Below are positions 11,901-24,345 of a DNA stretch of 64,000 nt, one piece after another. Position numbers and translations under genes: made by a program. The number at the start of each line of letters is the position of its first letter. The stretch's first letter is position 1. The stretch is taken from NCBI GenBank assembly GCA_964035545.1, contig OZ037766.1:496001-560000 (forward strand), read 5' to 3'. Source of the stretch: Bugula neritina (Eukaryota; Animalia; Bryozoa). Below the pieces are notes generated by a model, which worked only from the letters and a program-made list of their open reading frames with translations, did no database searches and was not told where the DNA came from.

Positions 11901-14900
11901 GTGAGTGACTCTGTTGTATAGTAACTAGCAGTGAGTGACTCTGTTGTATAGTGACTAGTAGTGAGTGACTCTGTTGTATAGTGACTAGCAGTGAGTGACT
12001 CTGTTGTATAGTGACTAGCAGTGAGTGACTCTGTTGTATAGTGACTAGCAGTGAGTGACTCTGTTGTATAGTGACTAGCAGTGAGTGACTCTGTTGTATA
12101 GTGACTAGCAGTGAGTGACTCTGTTGTATAGTGACTAGTAGTGAGTGACTCTGTTGTATAGTGACTAGTAGTGAGTGACTCTGTTGTATAGTGACTAGCA
12201 GTGAGTGACTCTGTTGTATAGTGACTAGCAGTGAGTGACTCTGTTGTATAGTGACTAGTCGTGAGTGACTCTGTTGTATAGTGACTAGCAGTGAGTGACT
12301 CTGTTGTATAGTGACTAGCAGTGAGTGACTCTGTTGTATAGTGACTATTAGTGAGTGAGAGTCACTTGTTCTGTAGATAATCTGATCCCAGAAGACGAGG
12401 AGGTAAATAAATCAGTTGGTGAATACAGACAGCTTTCTCTACAGGTCTGTTATACTGTATTATGCTATACCTTATTATACTATACCGTATTATACTATAC
12501 TATACCATATTATACTATACCATATTATATGATACCATATTATATGATACCGTATTATACAGCTGCTGGAACTGATGCACACTCTACACACTAGAGCTTC
12601 TTCCATCTTCCACTCGTGGGCCGAGGAGCAGCAGACTGACGGATCTGCAGACGAACAGGAAGAGAATATCTGTGATGCCGGAACGTCGTCACTATGGCGA
12701 CGCTGCTGGTGTCCTCTCTTACAAGGTTACACTTTACTCTCTACACTACACTACTCTATATACTACTGTACTATACTCTACACTTTATAACATTGACCTC
12801 TACTCATGCAGGTATTGCCAGACTGTGCACTGACATGAGGAAAGATGTGAGAAGTCAAGCGCTGACGTACCTACAGAGGGCGCTGCTAGTCCAAGATCTT
12901 AACCAGCTGACGGCCACAGAGTGGGAGGCGTGTTTCAACAAAGTGCTGTTCCCTCTTCTGTCCAACCTCCTTGAGAACTCGGCTATCTCCCAGGTGTCCA
13001 CCATAGAAGAGACGAGGTTCAGAGCCGCCACTCTGCTCAGCAAGGTGAGGGGCGGCACTTCCTGTAAGGAGCGCTGCCGGGTGTCATCAGAGAGCCGTCA
13101 TTACGAACTCTCACTCTCTCTGTACTGTAGGTGTAACACAGTATACTCTCTCTGTACTGTAGGTATAACACAGTATACTCTCTCTCTGTATTGTAGGTGT
13201 AACACAGTATACTCTCTCTGTACTGTGGGTGTAACACAGTATACTCACTCTATTGTAGGTGTAACACAGTATACTCACTCTGTATTGTAGGTGTAACACA
13301 GTATACTCACTCTATTGTAGGTGTAACACAGTATACTCTCTCTGTATTGTAGGTGTAACACAGTATACTCTCTCTGTATTGTAGGTGTAACACAGTATAC
13401 TCACTGTATTGTAGGTGTAACACAGTATACTCTCTCTGTATTGTAGGTGTAACACAGTATACTCTCTCTGTATTGTAGGTGTACCTGCAGCACCTACAAG
13501 ACCTGCTCACTCTGCCCACCTTCACCGCCCTCTGGCTGACTATACTAGACTTCATGGACAAGTACATGCACGCAGATCAGAGCGACCAGCTGGTATGTCT
13601 ACCTCCTAGTATAACTTCCTCCTAGTATGTCTACCTCCTAGTATAAGAGTCAGTTTACTTCATTTAGTACACACCAGCAACTTATGACCTAACATTAAAG
13701 TTCGCTCAAAATCAATTGAAATTTACTATACATACTATTTTTATGTGCTGGTTTTAACTACGCATAACAGAAAAGGCTGGAAGGGGATTCCCCAGCATTA
13801 AAGCAAAGGTCTATGTCATATGCACTTAATATTCTATATGTGCAGACCGTTATGAAAAAACCGTAACGGTCCGTAACCAAAACTAGCTGAATAATTAGGG
13901 AAAAACATAGGAAATGAAGCAAAATTAAAAAGAGCTTTGATTATTTAGGTGTATTTATTGGTGTTTTACTAGTTTTGGCCGAAAGACCATGTTCATTACC
14001 AGCTAAATTGTGAAAAATAGCCAAAAACTGAAGATATCCATTGTGTACTAAATTAAGTAAAATGACCCATTACTTCCTCCTAGTATAACTTCCTCCTAGT
14101 ATAACTTCCTCCTAGTATAACTTCCTCCTAGTATAACTTCCTCCTAGTATAACTTCCTCCTAGTATAACTTCCTCCTAGTATAACTTCCTCCTAGTATAA
14201 CTTCCTCCTAGTATAACTTCCTCCTAGTGTAACTTCCTCCTAGTATAACTTCCTCCTAGTGTAACTTCCTCCTAGTATAACTTCCTCCTAGTATAACTTC
14301 CTCCTAGTATAACTTCCTCCTAGTATAACTTCCTCCTAGTATAACTTCCTCCTAGTATAACTTCCTCCTAGTATAACTTCCTCCTAGTATAACTTCCTCC
14401 TAGTATAACTTCCTCCTAGTATAACTTCCTCCTAGTATAACTTCCTCCTAGTATAACTTCCTCCTAGTATAACTTCCTCCTATTATTACTTCCTCCTAGT
14501 ATAACTTCCTCCTAGTATAACTTCCCCCTAGTGTAACTTCCTCCTAGTATAACTTCCTCCTAGTATAACTTCCTCCTAGTGTAACCTCCTCCTAGTGTAA
14601 CTTCCTCCTAGTATAACTTCCTCCTAGTATAACTTCCTCTTAGTATAACTTCCTCCTAGTATAACTTCCTCCTAGTATGACTTCCTCCTAGTATAACTTC
14701 CTCCTAGTATAACTTCCTCTTAGTATAACTTCCTCCTAGTATAACTTCCTCCTAGTATAACTTCCTCCTAGTGTGTAGCTAGTTCTGTGTGTACTCAGTG
14801 ACTGGTTGTGTTATAACTTACTCTCTCTTTTCAGATGGAAGGAATCCCGGAGCTGCTGAAGAACTTACTACTAGTGATGGGTGGTATGGATATATTCTAT

Positions 14901-16861
14901 GAAGATGACTTGTCTAGTCCTAAAGTAGAGACTCAGCTGTGCAGGTTAACATGTGACAGACTCAACACGTTCCTACCTGCGCTCAAGAGAGAGCTCTTCA
15001 CTGTTGGTGAGTCGTACTTCACTCTTAGCCGGTTAGAGTTACTCCGTACTGAGTGACAAGCTGCTCCACATACTGTTTTGTTATCGTGTAATTCTGTATC
15101 TTATATATATATATATTGATTGATTGTAGAGCAAGTCAACCCTGTGATGCCCCCTGTCTGCTCTCCTGTATCCACTCCTGCTCCTATTTCTCCCCAGTGT
15201 AAGTTTACAAATCAGTTTATTAATTCTGTTTCACCCGTTATGTTTTATTATAGTTGTATCTATGTGTCTGCACATCATCTTACTGAATCTTAGAGTTGTC
15301 CTCTCTTTCCCTGTTGGAATCCCGCACTGCTCTGTATTCTTGTAGCTGATATAACTGAGTCTGCAGAACCACCTCTAAACACTTCTCAGACTGTGGATCT
15401 TCCTGAGAGTTCAAGTAGAGATACGGGCTCCCCCTCACCGCCCCCATCCTCGCAGGTCAGGAGGCCTGTAAGTCCTGAGGCTGTACACAGATCCACTAGT
15501 CCTCTGGTGCACAGCATCGTGCCTTCTGCTTTCACCGTGAAGGTGTGTTACCTGACAGTACTACATCTACTATACTATATGTGTTACCATACAGTACTGC
15601 TTCTACTATACTATACGTGTTACCATACAGTACTACTTCTACTATACTGTATGTGTTACCTGACAGTGCTAAATCTACTATACTATACGTGTTACCATAC
15701 AGTACTACATCTACTTTACTATATGTGTTACCATATAGTACTACATATACTATACGTGTTACCATACAGTACTACATCTACTATACTGTATGTGTTACCT
15801 GACAGTGCTACATCTACTATACTATACGTGTTACCATACAGTACTACATCTACTTTACTATATGTGTTACCTGACAGTGCTACATCTACTATACTATATG
15901 TGTTACCATACAGTACTGCTTCTACTATACTATACGTGTTACCATACAGTACTACTTCTACTATACTGTATGTGTTACCTGACAGTGCTAAATCTACTAT
16001 ACTATACGTGTTACCATACAGTACTACATCTACTTTACTATATGTGTTACCATATAGTACTACATATACTATACGTGTTACCATACAGTACTACATCTAC
16101 TATACTGTATGTGTTACCTGACAGTGCTACATCTACTATACTATACGTGTTACCATACAGTACTACATCTACTTTACTATATGTGTTACCTGACAGTGCT
16201 ACATCTACTATACTATATGTGTTACCTGACAGTGCTACATATACTATACTATACGTGTTACCATACAGTACTACATCTACTATACTATACGTGTTACCAT
16301 ACAGTACTACATCTACTATACTATACGTGTTACCATACAGTACTACTTCTACTATACTATACGTGTTACCATACAGTACTACATATACTATACTATACTA
16401 TGTTTCAGTTACATCCCCCATTGGCTCCTCCCGTATCCATGACTCCTCCCACTCTACTTCCTGTTAACTCTCCGATAGTCCTACCCGACCCGACTCTCTA
16501 CAGCTCAAGTAACTCCTCATCCACACTTCCTGTAGAAGGTCAGGGACTCCTCCTATTCAACACAGCCACACCTCCGATACTCACCAGATCAAGGGTAAGT
16601 GTGTGTCACCTATATTATGTTATTACGTAACATCTAGGATACTGTGTAAGTGTCACTCTGTTCTCTATAAGCTCACCTTTGAACCTGTCTACCTGGAGCT
16701 GTAAGCCAGAGGTTACTCTGTACTTACAGTTTACTATGTTGTTATAGTTCAACAGGAAGTATGTACTGTCAACAAGGATAAATTAGAAAGGCTGTAAACA
16801 ACACTATTTGTATAGACTGAGTCATAGACTGGGATTCTGTTTGTAGGAGGACCCGGAGTGA
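5985..16861 (+). CDS. GBF1: Golgi-specific brefeldin A-resistance ARF-GEF 1, 3' part (end of Sec7 domain, HDS domains, Pro-rich tail). Exons approx. 5985-6131, 6274-6446, 6975-7074, 7376-7620, 7777-7954, 8443-8564, 8722-8875, 10152-10386, 10578-10765, 10974-11244, 11375-11488, 12377-12444, 12563-12725, 12812-13044, 13479-13592, 14835-15006, 15130-15198, 15346-15542, 16409-16594, 16847-16861
   Basis: Recognisable GBF1 motifs in order: [145 protein letters not shown]. Consistent GT-AG phases. The last four exons are less certain. Confidence 0.95.
6148..6243. repeat. 14-bp intronic minisatellite
   Basis: (a/g)tatctcaccttct repeated. Confidence 0.85.
6450..6911. repeat. 30-32-bp intronic minisatellite
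   Basis: gttctctctctgtatgacatgtgatgacaa, ~15 copies. Confidence 0.95.
7665..7748. repeat. 10-bp intronic repeat
   Basis: agtagtatat repeated. Confidence 0.85.
7955..8400. repeat. 13-bp intronic minisatellite
   Basis: gtatac(a/t)cccctt repeated, starting at the donor GT. Confidence 0.95.
9022..9690. repeat. Two intronic tandem repeats (~51 bp x3 at 9022-9160; ~47 bp x4 at 9516-9690)
   Basis: tactatatactgtgtatttacagtgtaacgtaccattgtacatgtatatta and tctcagttacttacactactactacaccacaatgctatgtcatg units. Confidence 0.85.
11520..12360. repeat. 30-bp intronic minisatellite
   Basis: gtgactagcagtgagtgactctgttgtata, ~27 copies. Confidence 0.95.
13110..13483. repeat. 30-34-bp intronic minisatellite built from the 3' splice site
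   Basis: gtgtaacacagtatactctctctgtattgtag, ~12 copies; the last copy supplies the true acceptor. Confidence 0.95.
13593..14771. repeat. 16-bp intronic minisatellite interrupted by a MITE
   Basis: gtataacttcctccta units at 13593-13646 and 14070-14771. Confidence 0.95.
13647..14068. mobile_element. MITE / non-autonomous DNA transposon (GGGTCA-type TIR)
   Basis: Left gagtcagtttacttcatttagtacac vs reverse complement of right end gggtcattttacttaatttagtacac. Related copy at 36087-36458. Splits a minisatellite. Confidence 0.8.
15543..16400. repeat. 34-37-bp intronic minisatellite
   Basis: gtgttacc(atacag/tgacag)tactacatctactatactatac, beginning at the donor GT. Confidence 0.95.
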
Positions 16862-17191
16862 CGTCCTGTAAAGCTAAAAGCTGCTATTATATAGACTGAG
16901 CTCCACACCTCCCGCTGTGTAGCCCACATTTCAAGTCATTGACACATCTGAGTATATTGATATCTGCTTGCTATATTTTCAAATGAAACTCTCAAAGGCT
17001 ACACCAGGTTTTAGACGAACTGTAAATTCTTATTATAATATTATATTTTATGTTGGATATTTTTATTTATCATGTATTTATTTCCGTTACCTTGGTAACT
17101 GTAGATCAACTAAACCGATACAATGCATGTCTTGACTCAAGTTAATATTTTTGTAAACACAAGTGGATGTATACATTTCTCTGCTCTGCTG

Positions 17192-17197
17192 AATAAA
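17192..17197 (+). promoter_or_regulatory. Probable GBF1 polyadenylation signal
   Basis: AATAAA ~330 nt after the inferred stop codon (TGA 16859-16861). Confidence 0.6.
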
Positions 17198-18122
17198 CTT
17201 CTCTATGCACTGACTTCTACTTTCTAACTCAATCAACTCTCTATCATATCTACAATATTGTTAACTCTTTGCAAGAGATCATGGCTGACAATAACTTACC
17301 ATCAGGGAGTTATCCCCCTCTCTATTCAAATAAGCTGGTAATTATATTCTCCCTGAGGTAAACTGAGTATAATATTCTAAGGGAGAGACAACTCTTCAAA
17401 CTTTGTTTCAATACAGCATTTGGCCAGCTAAAGCTTATATTGCTTTTCAATATATATTACAAGGTGGTCGCCAAGCAAAGGATAATAGTGAACTGTAATA
17501 TTAACAAATACACCAGTTTACTGAATACAATTATAACAGTTGCTAGTTCAGACAAATATCAATATCCAGACCAATATATGCAAGTCTTTCTTTTGCCTGC
17601 AGAGAAGCAGCCAACAGTTTCTGTGTCTATTTCAGTCACTCAGCAAATACAAACCTTTATAAATACTAAGTTAATCAACAGAAGAAGGTGCTTCAGCCAT
17701 GTTCTGCAAGACACAAATAATTTAGATTAGTCAATATGCAGCAACTTATTCTGTTTCTTGGCAATGTCTATCTATCTGGAAATTGTGAGTTCTTTTATTG
17801 TAAACTAAACAGAATATAGACTATACATTGTTTATACTCTGCTAACATGATATGTTCTACAGTGTTGGAATAACAGGCTTGTAAAAGTGAGGTTTGTAAT
17901 AGTATAGCCTGCCATGTTATTATACTAATAAACACTTAGTTCTTCGACTATTATTCTCTTAGCTCTGCTATGAGTGGCACAAAAAGTGAATATAAAATAT
18001 TAGCAATAACATATTTCAAAGAATTTGTTATAGTTCCTGAATAGTAATAAAGGGTTTTGTTTATTTGGCTACAGGTGAGCTAACACACTACTAGCATGCA
18101 CGAAAGAGCATTTGACTGTTTA

Positions 18123-18565
18123 GCGTAGGGCCACAGACGTATTCTACACGTGCGAGAATACACGCTAGTGACCTGCCACACACAGTGCGTGTGTTGCCAG
18201 TGCAGAGATTTTTATTAGCCAATGATGTTGCTCGCCTACAGACGGTTTTAAAATTACGTCATCGACAAAGTAGGACGTGACGTTGCAAGCATGCTCGTGC
18301 AGCTTCGAAATGAGTGCCACAGTCGAGTTTCGACTATAGTGTGTCATGGGCATTAATTCAGTTCGCCAAAAGCTAAAATGTGAATTAAAATAAAAAACTG
18401 TGCTCACTAAATGATAATAAGCCAATTAGATCAAACACACACGAGCTTGCCGTTGAGCTCGCTCAACAAGCTAAATGCATGAAAATCCCGCTTGTGACTT
18501 CCAATTTTTGGGCTAAACGTGATTTCTCACACGTCATGTGTAAAATTCGTCGTGTGGCCCTACAC
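18123..18565. mobile_element. PIF/Harbinger (Tourist-like) MITE
   Basis: Imperfect TIR gcgtagggccacagacgtattctacac / gtgtaaaattcgtcgtgtggccctacac with TTA on both flanks (18120-18122, 18566-18568). Confidence 0.7.
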
Positions 18566-21542
18566 TTAGCAAACTGAATTAAAAAAGTTTCATTTAATTT
18601 GCATTTCCGATTTTATAATAATTATCTAAATAACTTTGTCGATGACGTAATTTTAAAAACAAACGTCTGTAGGCAAGCAGTAAAGTTTAAGGCTAACATC
18701 ATTGGCGAATAAATTTTTGCACTCCCAACACACGCACTGTGTGTGACAGGTCACTACGTTTACTTTACCACCTGCAGTTTAGTTAACTGACCCAGTTTAT
18801 TTTCACAAGCTAGTACCTCTTTGCTGTGTTTATTAAGTGCAGTACTTCATTTAACTGTGATGCATATACTTACTCTTCTACTACTTTAATCAAAATCCTT
18901 CAACTCTATTCATTGTATAAGGCTGGTCTTTTTGCAATTAGTAAAGTAAAATGAAGTGCATAATTATCCAAGTTATTGAAACTCATGACGACAAAGATGC
19001 CTGTGTTATAGCCTATACTGCTGGAATAGTTGCTAATTCTCATTTTATTACTGCTGTAAACTTGGAAAGGGTGTCTCAACTGCACTCAATGCTTGGATAA
19101 TAATCCAACAATTTGTTATAGTAGCCTAAGTGTATATTTTACTTAGACGGCCAAATGTCCCAGGGTAGGCATGTCACACCCCATAAAGCACCCGTTCCCA
19201 ACTTTTCTTTATTTTCTCCCTTTTGAGTAACACAATTTATATTATGTTCTTTTTAAAAGCTTTTTGTAAGATATTATACCAGATTTATTCATTATAATAT
19301 TATAATATATAAATCTGGTATATATAGATTTGTAGGATATCTTACAAAAAGCTTTATATTATAATGACTGTAACAATAGTATGCTCATACGAAGAGCAAG
19401 CTCAATTATTAATGTAATTATGCTCAAGTATGGCTCTGTTTTTGACAAGTCACACGATACATGCCGAGTCACTTAGCAGGTTATGGCAGCTCATCCTCTG
19501 ATTTTCAATAATTAGCATTAATGATGTCAATTCTACCTCACATAAGTAGGTGCTGCTGTATGCCACCAGAACTCTTGCTGCTTTGTGTGGGTAAAGTTTT
19601 CTTATCGACACCTGGAATCTGTGCAGGCTTCAAAACGTCCATTATTGCAGAACTGCTAGCCATTGTTCCCCCATGGGGAGTTCCCTATGAAAAGTCAAAA
19701 CTCCCACATGTAAAATTCCCCATGCTGAAAACCACCGCCTTGAAGTCAACGTGTTGTGAAATAAAACAAAGAACCAATAAGCTCACATGCATAAGCAAAA
19801 TAATAACTTTATTATTATAACAATATGTGACTTTAGGTATTCTGAACTTTGAATGCAGTGGTTGAGTTGAGGGGGTATGCAGTACCCCCATCATGTTTTC
19901 TTGTGGTCCCTTAGACTTAGGTATGCCCCCCCCCCATCATTACATTCACAAGCATTAAAGTTTAAAAGCCAAATCAAACTAGTTGTTGGTGGCCATTGCC
20001 TCTATTTATCTGAATATATATAACATTTGTGTAATTATATATTGATATAATAATATATAATTATATATTTATATAATTATATATTTACACATTTATATAA
20101 TTATATATGTATATAACTGTTTATGCATGTTTTATTTGTAGGAATATAAATTTTAATACAATTTATATCAAACAAGTGAATATCAATTTATAACTAGTTT
20201 TTGAAAATCTCAACAATTATAGCCTAATTTTATTTTATGCTTGTTTGTGCAGATAAAACACAGAAGAGTAAAAATATTGTGTCACAATCACCCCAGTTAG
20301 TTAGCAGAATTCAACTAATATGTTTTTTGTGGAGTCACAATATAATATTTGTTTTACTCAAGTTCTTTGTAGACCTTATAGACTGAAATACAATATCTAG
20401 TATATTATTAAAGGCATAGAAATATATTATATAACGCTGTCCAATAGACTTAAAGAAGTTCAAAATTAAATATGTTGGCATATGCAAAAAACAGTAATAT
20501 ATAATTAGTGAAATTATTAATTTTGAGATAGTAAACAAGAAATCACAAAAAAAATTTAATATAGAGAGACAGTAAAGTAGTACCTCGTTTGTCCTTTCTA
20601 AGTCTGAATGAAATTATTATGTATACAAATACACACACAGCAGGTTAAGGCTGACTAACTTATGGATAAAGTTCAAGATAATAGTCAAATACTTTGGGCA
20701 TCTGAGTCTGGTGCTTTGCTTCTGCTTCTTATTTATCTGAAACAAAGTAGGATGTAGATGACATCTCTGCTGCCCCCTTTGACCCAGCAGCTATAAAGCA
20801 GCCTCTATATCTAAAAATAGCAGTCAATCATTCCTAGGAAAGCTGCTTTTCTTTATAGTAGCCTAGCTCATACATATTATATAGTTTATAGTTTATGAAC
20901 CTCACAATTATTTTATACGCTATTGCTTTAAAATTGCAGTTAATTTAATATTGGTTTTTTTTTTTTTTCTAGCTTATTTTTAGCCCTAAAACTGATTGCA
21001 GTCTTAAATAATATATGACAAATTAAACAATGTTGCTTAGTTTACAGGAAACTTTGCTGTTTGTCCTTGAAATTCTACTTATGTAGGACTTAAAGGAGAG
21101 TTTGGGCCCATGTCATTTTAGGTAATAGACTTAATAATCAAGTTTTTAGCATGCCCCCATCATTCACTCCAGACCTCCACCACTGCTTGAATGTAGTCAT
21201 AAAATTTATCTAGCCAACTCAGCAGTTATATACAAAAGCAGCTTGAATAAATACTTCTATAAAAACATTTGTATATCCACCACCCGTTGGCAAGTACATA
21301 CGTGCAATGTATGTGGATTATGACACACGTGACCATGCAAATGGGGCTGTATTACATAAATACAAGAATTTTTTTGAAACTTCCATTACTCAGAAGCTCA
21401 TGTATATGAATTGGTGGTAACTAAGATACCTGTGTTCTTTCACTGCTGGTTACTTGGTGATTCAATTATATTCAACTGTATATTTATCCAGCAACCATGT
21501 TAGCTCTCTTCATTAGTGTCTGAGGTAGAGGAGAGAGAAGTC

Positions 21543-22879
21543 ATGGCAGATCCTGCACCTGAGTTCGACACAGCTATAGACACCACCACAACTACTACTG
21601 TACCGAATACTGACTGTGCCAACCTCATGTATTACTTGAACAGTAAGTATCACTTCTCAGAACTGAGTTAAATACCGAGTAATGAAATATGTTTATAGAT
21701 TTAATTTTGATTTGGTTAGTCTTACGCAGTGGTGTAGCAATACATACATTACACTATGTAGTTTATTATAAACTTTATCATTAATTTTATCAAATTATAT
21801 GTTAACAATTGACACTGCATTTTACATCTATAGATCTTTTAATTGTTCTAATTGTTTGTACTGTAAAGTTACTTACTATAATACAGGTATATGCACTGTA
21901 ATTGAACTGAAAGATGAACCTAATTTGACACGTCTGAGAGACTATAAGAACTGGAAGTCACTCTCATTGGCTGAGAAGTCAGAGCTAGTGAAACTTTGTG
22001 AGAGATTACATCCAAGTGTATTGAGAGGTAAGTATGATTCTCTAAAAGTAAATTGCATAGACAATTAATTACTCTTTAAATTGAAAACTATTATAAATAT
22101 AATATTTACCAACTTTTTTTAACAGAATTGTTTGAGGTAAAGGTGAAGTGATAACTTTTTAAGTTAACAATACCTATTAATTAATATAATATTTTGATCT
22201 AATAATTACTGACTTCATGAATGTCAAAAACTGTAATTCAGTTTATCGTAAATGTGGAAATTGGAAAGTATGATTTACTAGAGAAAACGCGATAATGAGC
22301 ACACAACTCTTGTGAACTGTGATTAGTTAACTGATGCATATCATATAATACCATTCTTAAAAAGTTGTTTAAAGCAGTTGATAGTCTTGGTATTGTATTA
22401 TGAAGGCTATTTTAATTATCTTGCTGTTAACTTATTGTTTTTTTATTTTAGACCGGCAGCGTGTGTTTTCAGCCCGTAAACCTATAAAGGATTCTACAAA
22501 TAAGTTCTTGACTGTCAGTTCCAAAGAGTTGGGAACCGACATAAAGGTCATGGTTTATGAAGATCAGTGGTTGAAGGAAAACTACCTGGAACCTTTGAAA
22601 AGAATGAGTGAGAAAATATACATCTATTCATTTAATTTTTAATTGTAATATATAATACAGAATGGAAGTTTATAAGACTGTTTGATTTTGAACAAAAAAG
22701 CTCATATAGATTATTTATTTTATAAAATTATTTAGATAATAGCTTGTTGAAAATGGCAAATATATAGGCTAAATATGCAGTTTACTGTACGAAACTATAT
22801 AGTCGTGTTAATATTTTTTAATAAAAAATATATACAGCTATACCATACGTATGACTTTCACAATCTGAAGAACTATATA

Positions 22880-22949
<70 letters not shown>

Positions 22950-23795
22950 TATATTATATCTAAATGTATATTTTTATGCTATATATTGTCTATATTTATA
23001 TACATTATATATAATGTAGTTGTTTAAAAATTATAATTCATTTATTCTGTTAATTTCAGAACAAGAAATCAGAGAAGCTGAGTCACCTAATCGTTCAGTT
23101 ATCAACTCAGGACTGGCTGGTAAGTTATGGCCAACTGAAACTGAGAGCTATTTGAAATCCATGAGTCACTATTGAAGTAATTCTGAGCTGTTGAATGCTA
23201 AGCTTTGAACAAAGTTCTTTTCAGCTGCGTTTTAGCAAAATATAGAAGATATTATAATATTATCACTGTGGCTGGCGATAAAAATAATTTTTGTGGAAAT
23301 GAATGACAACATATTGCATCGGATGTGAAAGAAGCATTAACGCAGTGAGTTTGTTATTGAATTAGTTTCCAAACAGCAAAGTTGCTTTTAACAAATTCAA
23401 GAGTTTAAAAAACTATTAGAACAGTTTGCCTGATCACCATTTTGTTGGTTTTACGTCATCAATAGCTGATACTAACTCGCATAACGTTTGTAAGCTGCAC
23501 AGTTATATTCCGTGTAATGCCATATTGTACAAAACAGCAGAAAATAATTAACAATTGTCTAAACCCGTTTTATCATTTTACAGGTTACGCAACAGACGTT
23601 GCGAGTTATGCCGCAACAGGCATTGTGAGGCGTGCCGCAGAACATGAAGATTTGGAATTTGATGGAGAAAATGTTGCAAGAGCTGCAGCAACTGCAGGTG
23701 TAGCAGCTGTAGGTTTACTAGCTGTAGGTGTAGCTGCTCCAATAGCAGCACCTTTTGCAGTGGCAGCTGGTGTATGGAAGTGGATGACCAGATAA
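21543..23795 (+). CDS. Uncharacterised family gene A (222 aa); exons 21543-21642, 21887-22027, 22452-22607, 23060-23119, 23584-23795
   Basis: All-phase-1 GT-AG exons join into [80 protein letters not shown]...[17 protein letters not shown]...[37 protein letters not shown]. Exon lengths 141/156/60 are identical in paralogs B and C. Confidence 0.85.
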
Positions 23796-23887
23796 CGGTA
23801 ATGAACATAGTTTTTATGACATGTACTTTAACTCTCGGGCACACACACGCACACAACACACAACACAAAACACAAAACACACAACAC

Positions 23888-23924
<37 letters not shown>

Positions 23925-23935
23925 TGCATTTATAC

Positions 23936-23986
23936 TGTTTTGCACTGATGAGAGGGCAAATCCTAAAACAGCTGCCATCCACAAAA
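23936..23986 (+). ncRNA. Degenerate (probably inactive) type I hammerhead ribozyme 3' of gene A
   Basis: CTGATGA at 23945-23951 followed by gagggcaaatcctAAAAcagctgc. Aligns to the intact copy at 43330-43376, but the core CGAAA reads TAAAA. Confidence 0.7.
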
Positions 23987-23989
23987 TAT

Positions 23990-24134
<145 letters not shown>

Positions 24135-24345
24135 TTGCATAATATAAATACATAAATATGTATGCAACTTTTACAGATGCCTACATGCATGAACATGATG
24201 TCAAAGGGTTCCTGCCCTCTCCTTGGACTACCCCCAAATGTATAGACAATATTTAACCTCACTCTACCTGCTCTCAGCCAAATGGTCACCTGATTCGTTT
24301 ACTGCTTGCCGCCCCTCCGCTCCTTCCCAATGACTATTACCAGTT

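Noticed and set aside
11520-14771. CRISPR-like regular ~30-bp repeats
   Set aside because: Head-to-tail repeats with no unique spacers, in eukaryotic introns, no cas genes.
15532-16467. Repetitive ORFs (YSTTSTILYVLP, CYHTVLHLLYY)
   Set aside because: Intronic minisatellite.
19254-19356. AT-rich imperfect palindrome
   Set aside because: Real but low complexity; probably a decayed foldback with no supportable function.
20580-20815. Possible minus-strand exon relics (EAEAKHQTQMPKVFDYYLELYP)
   Set aside because: In-frame stop, non-canonical donor and no recognisable homology; too weak to call.
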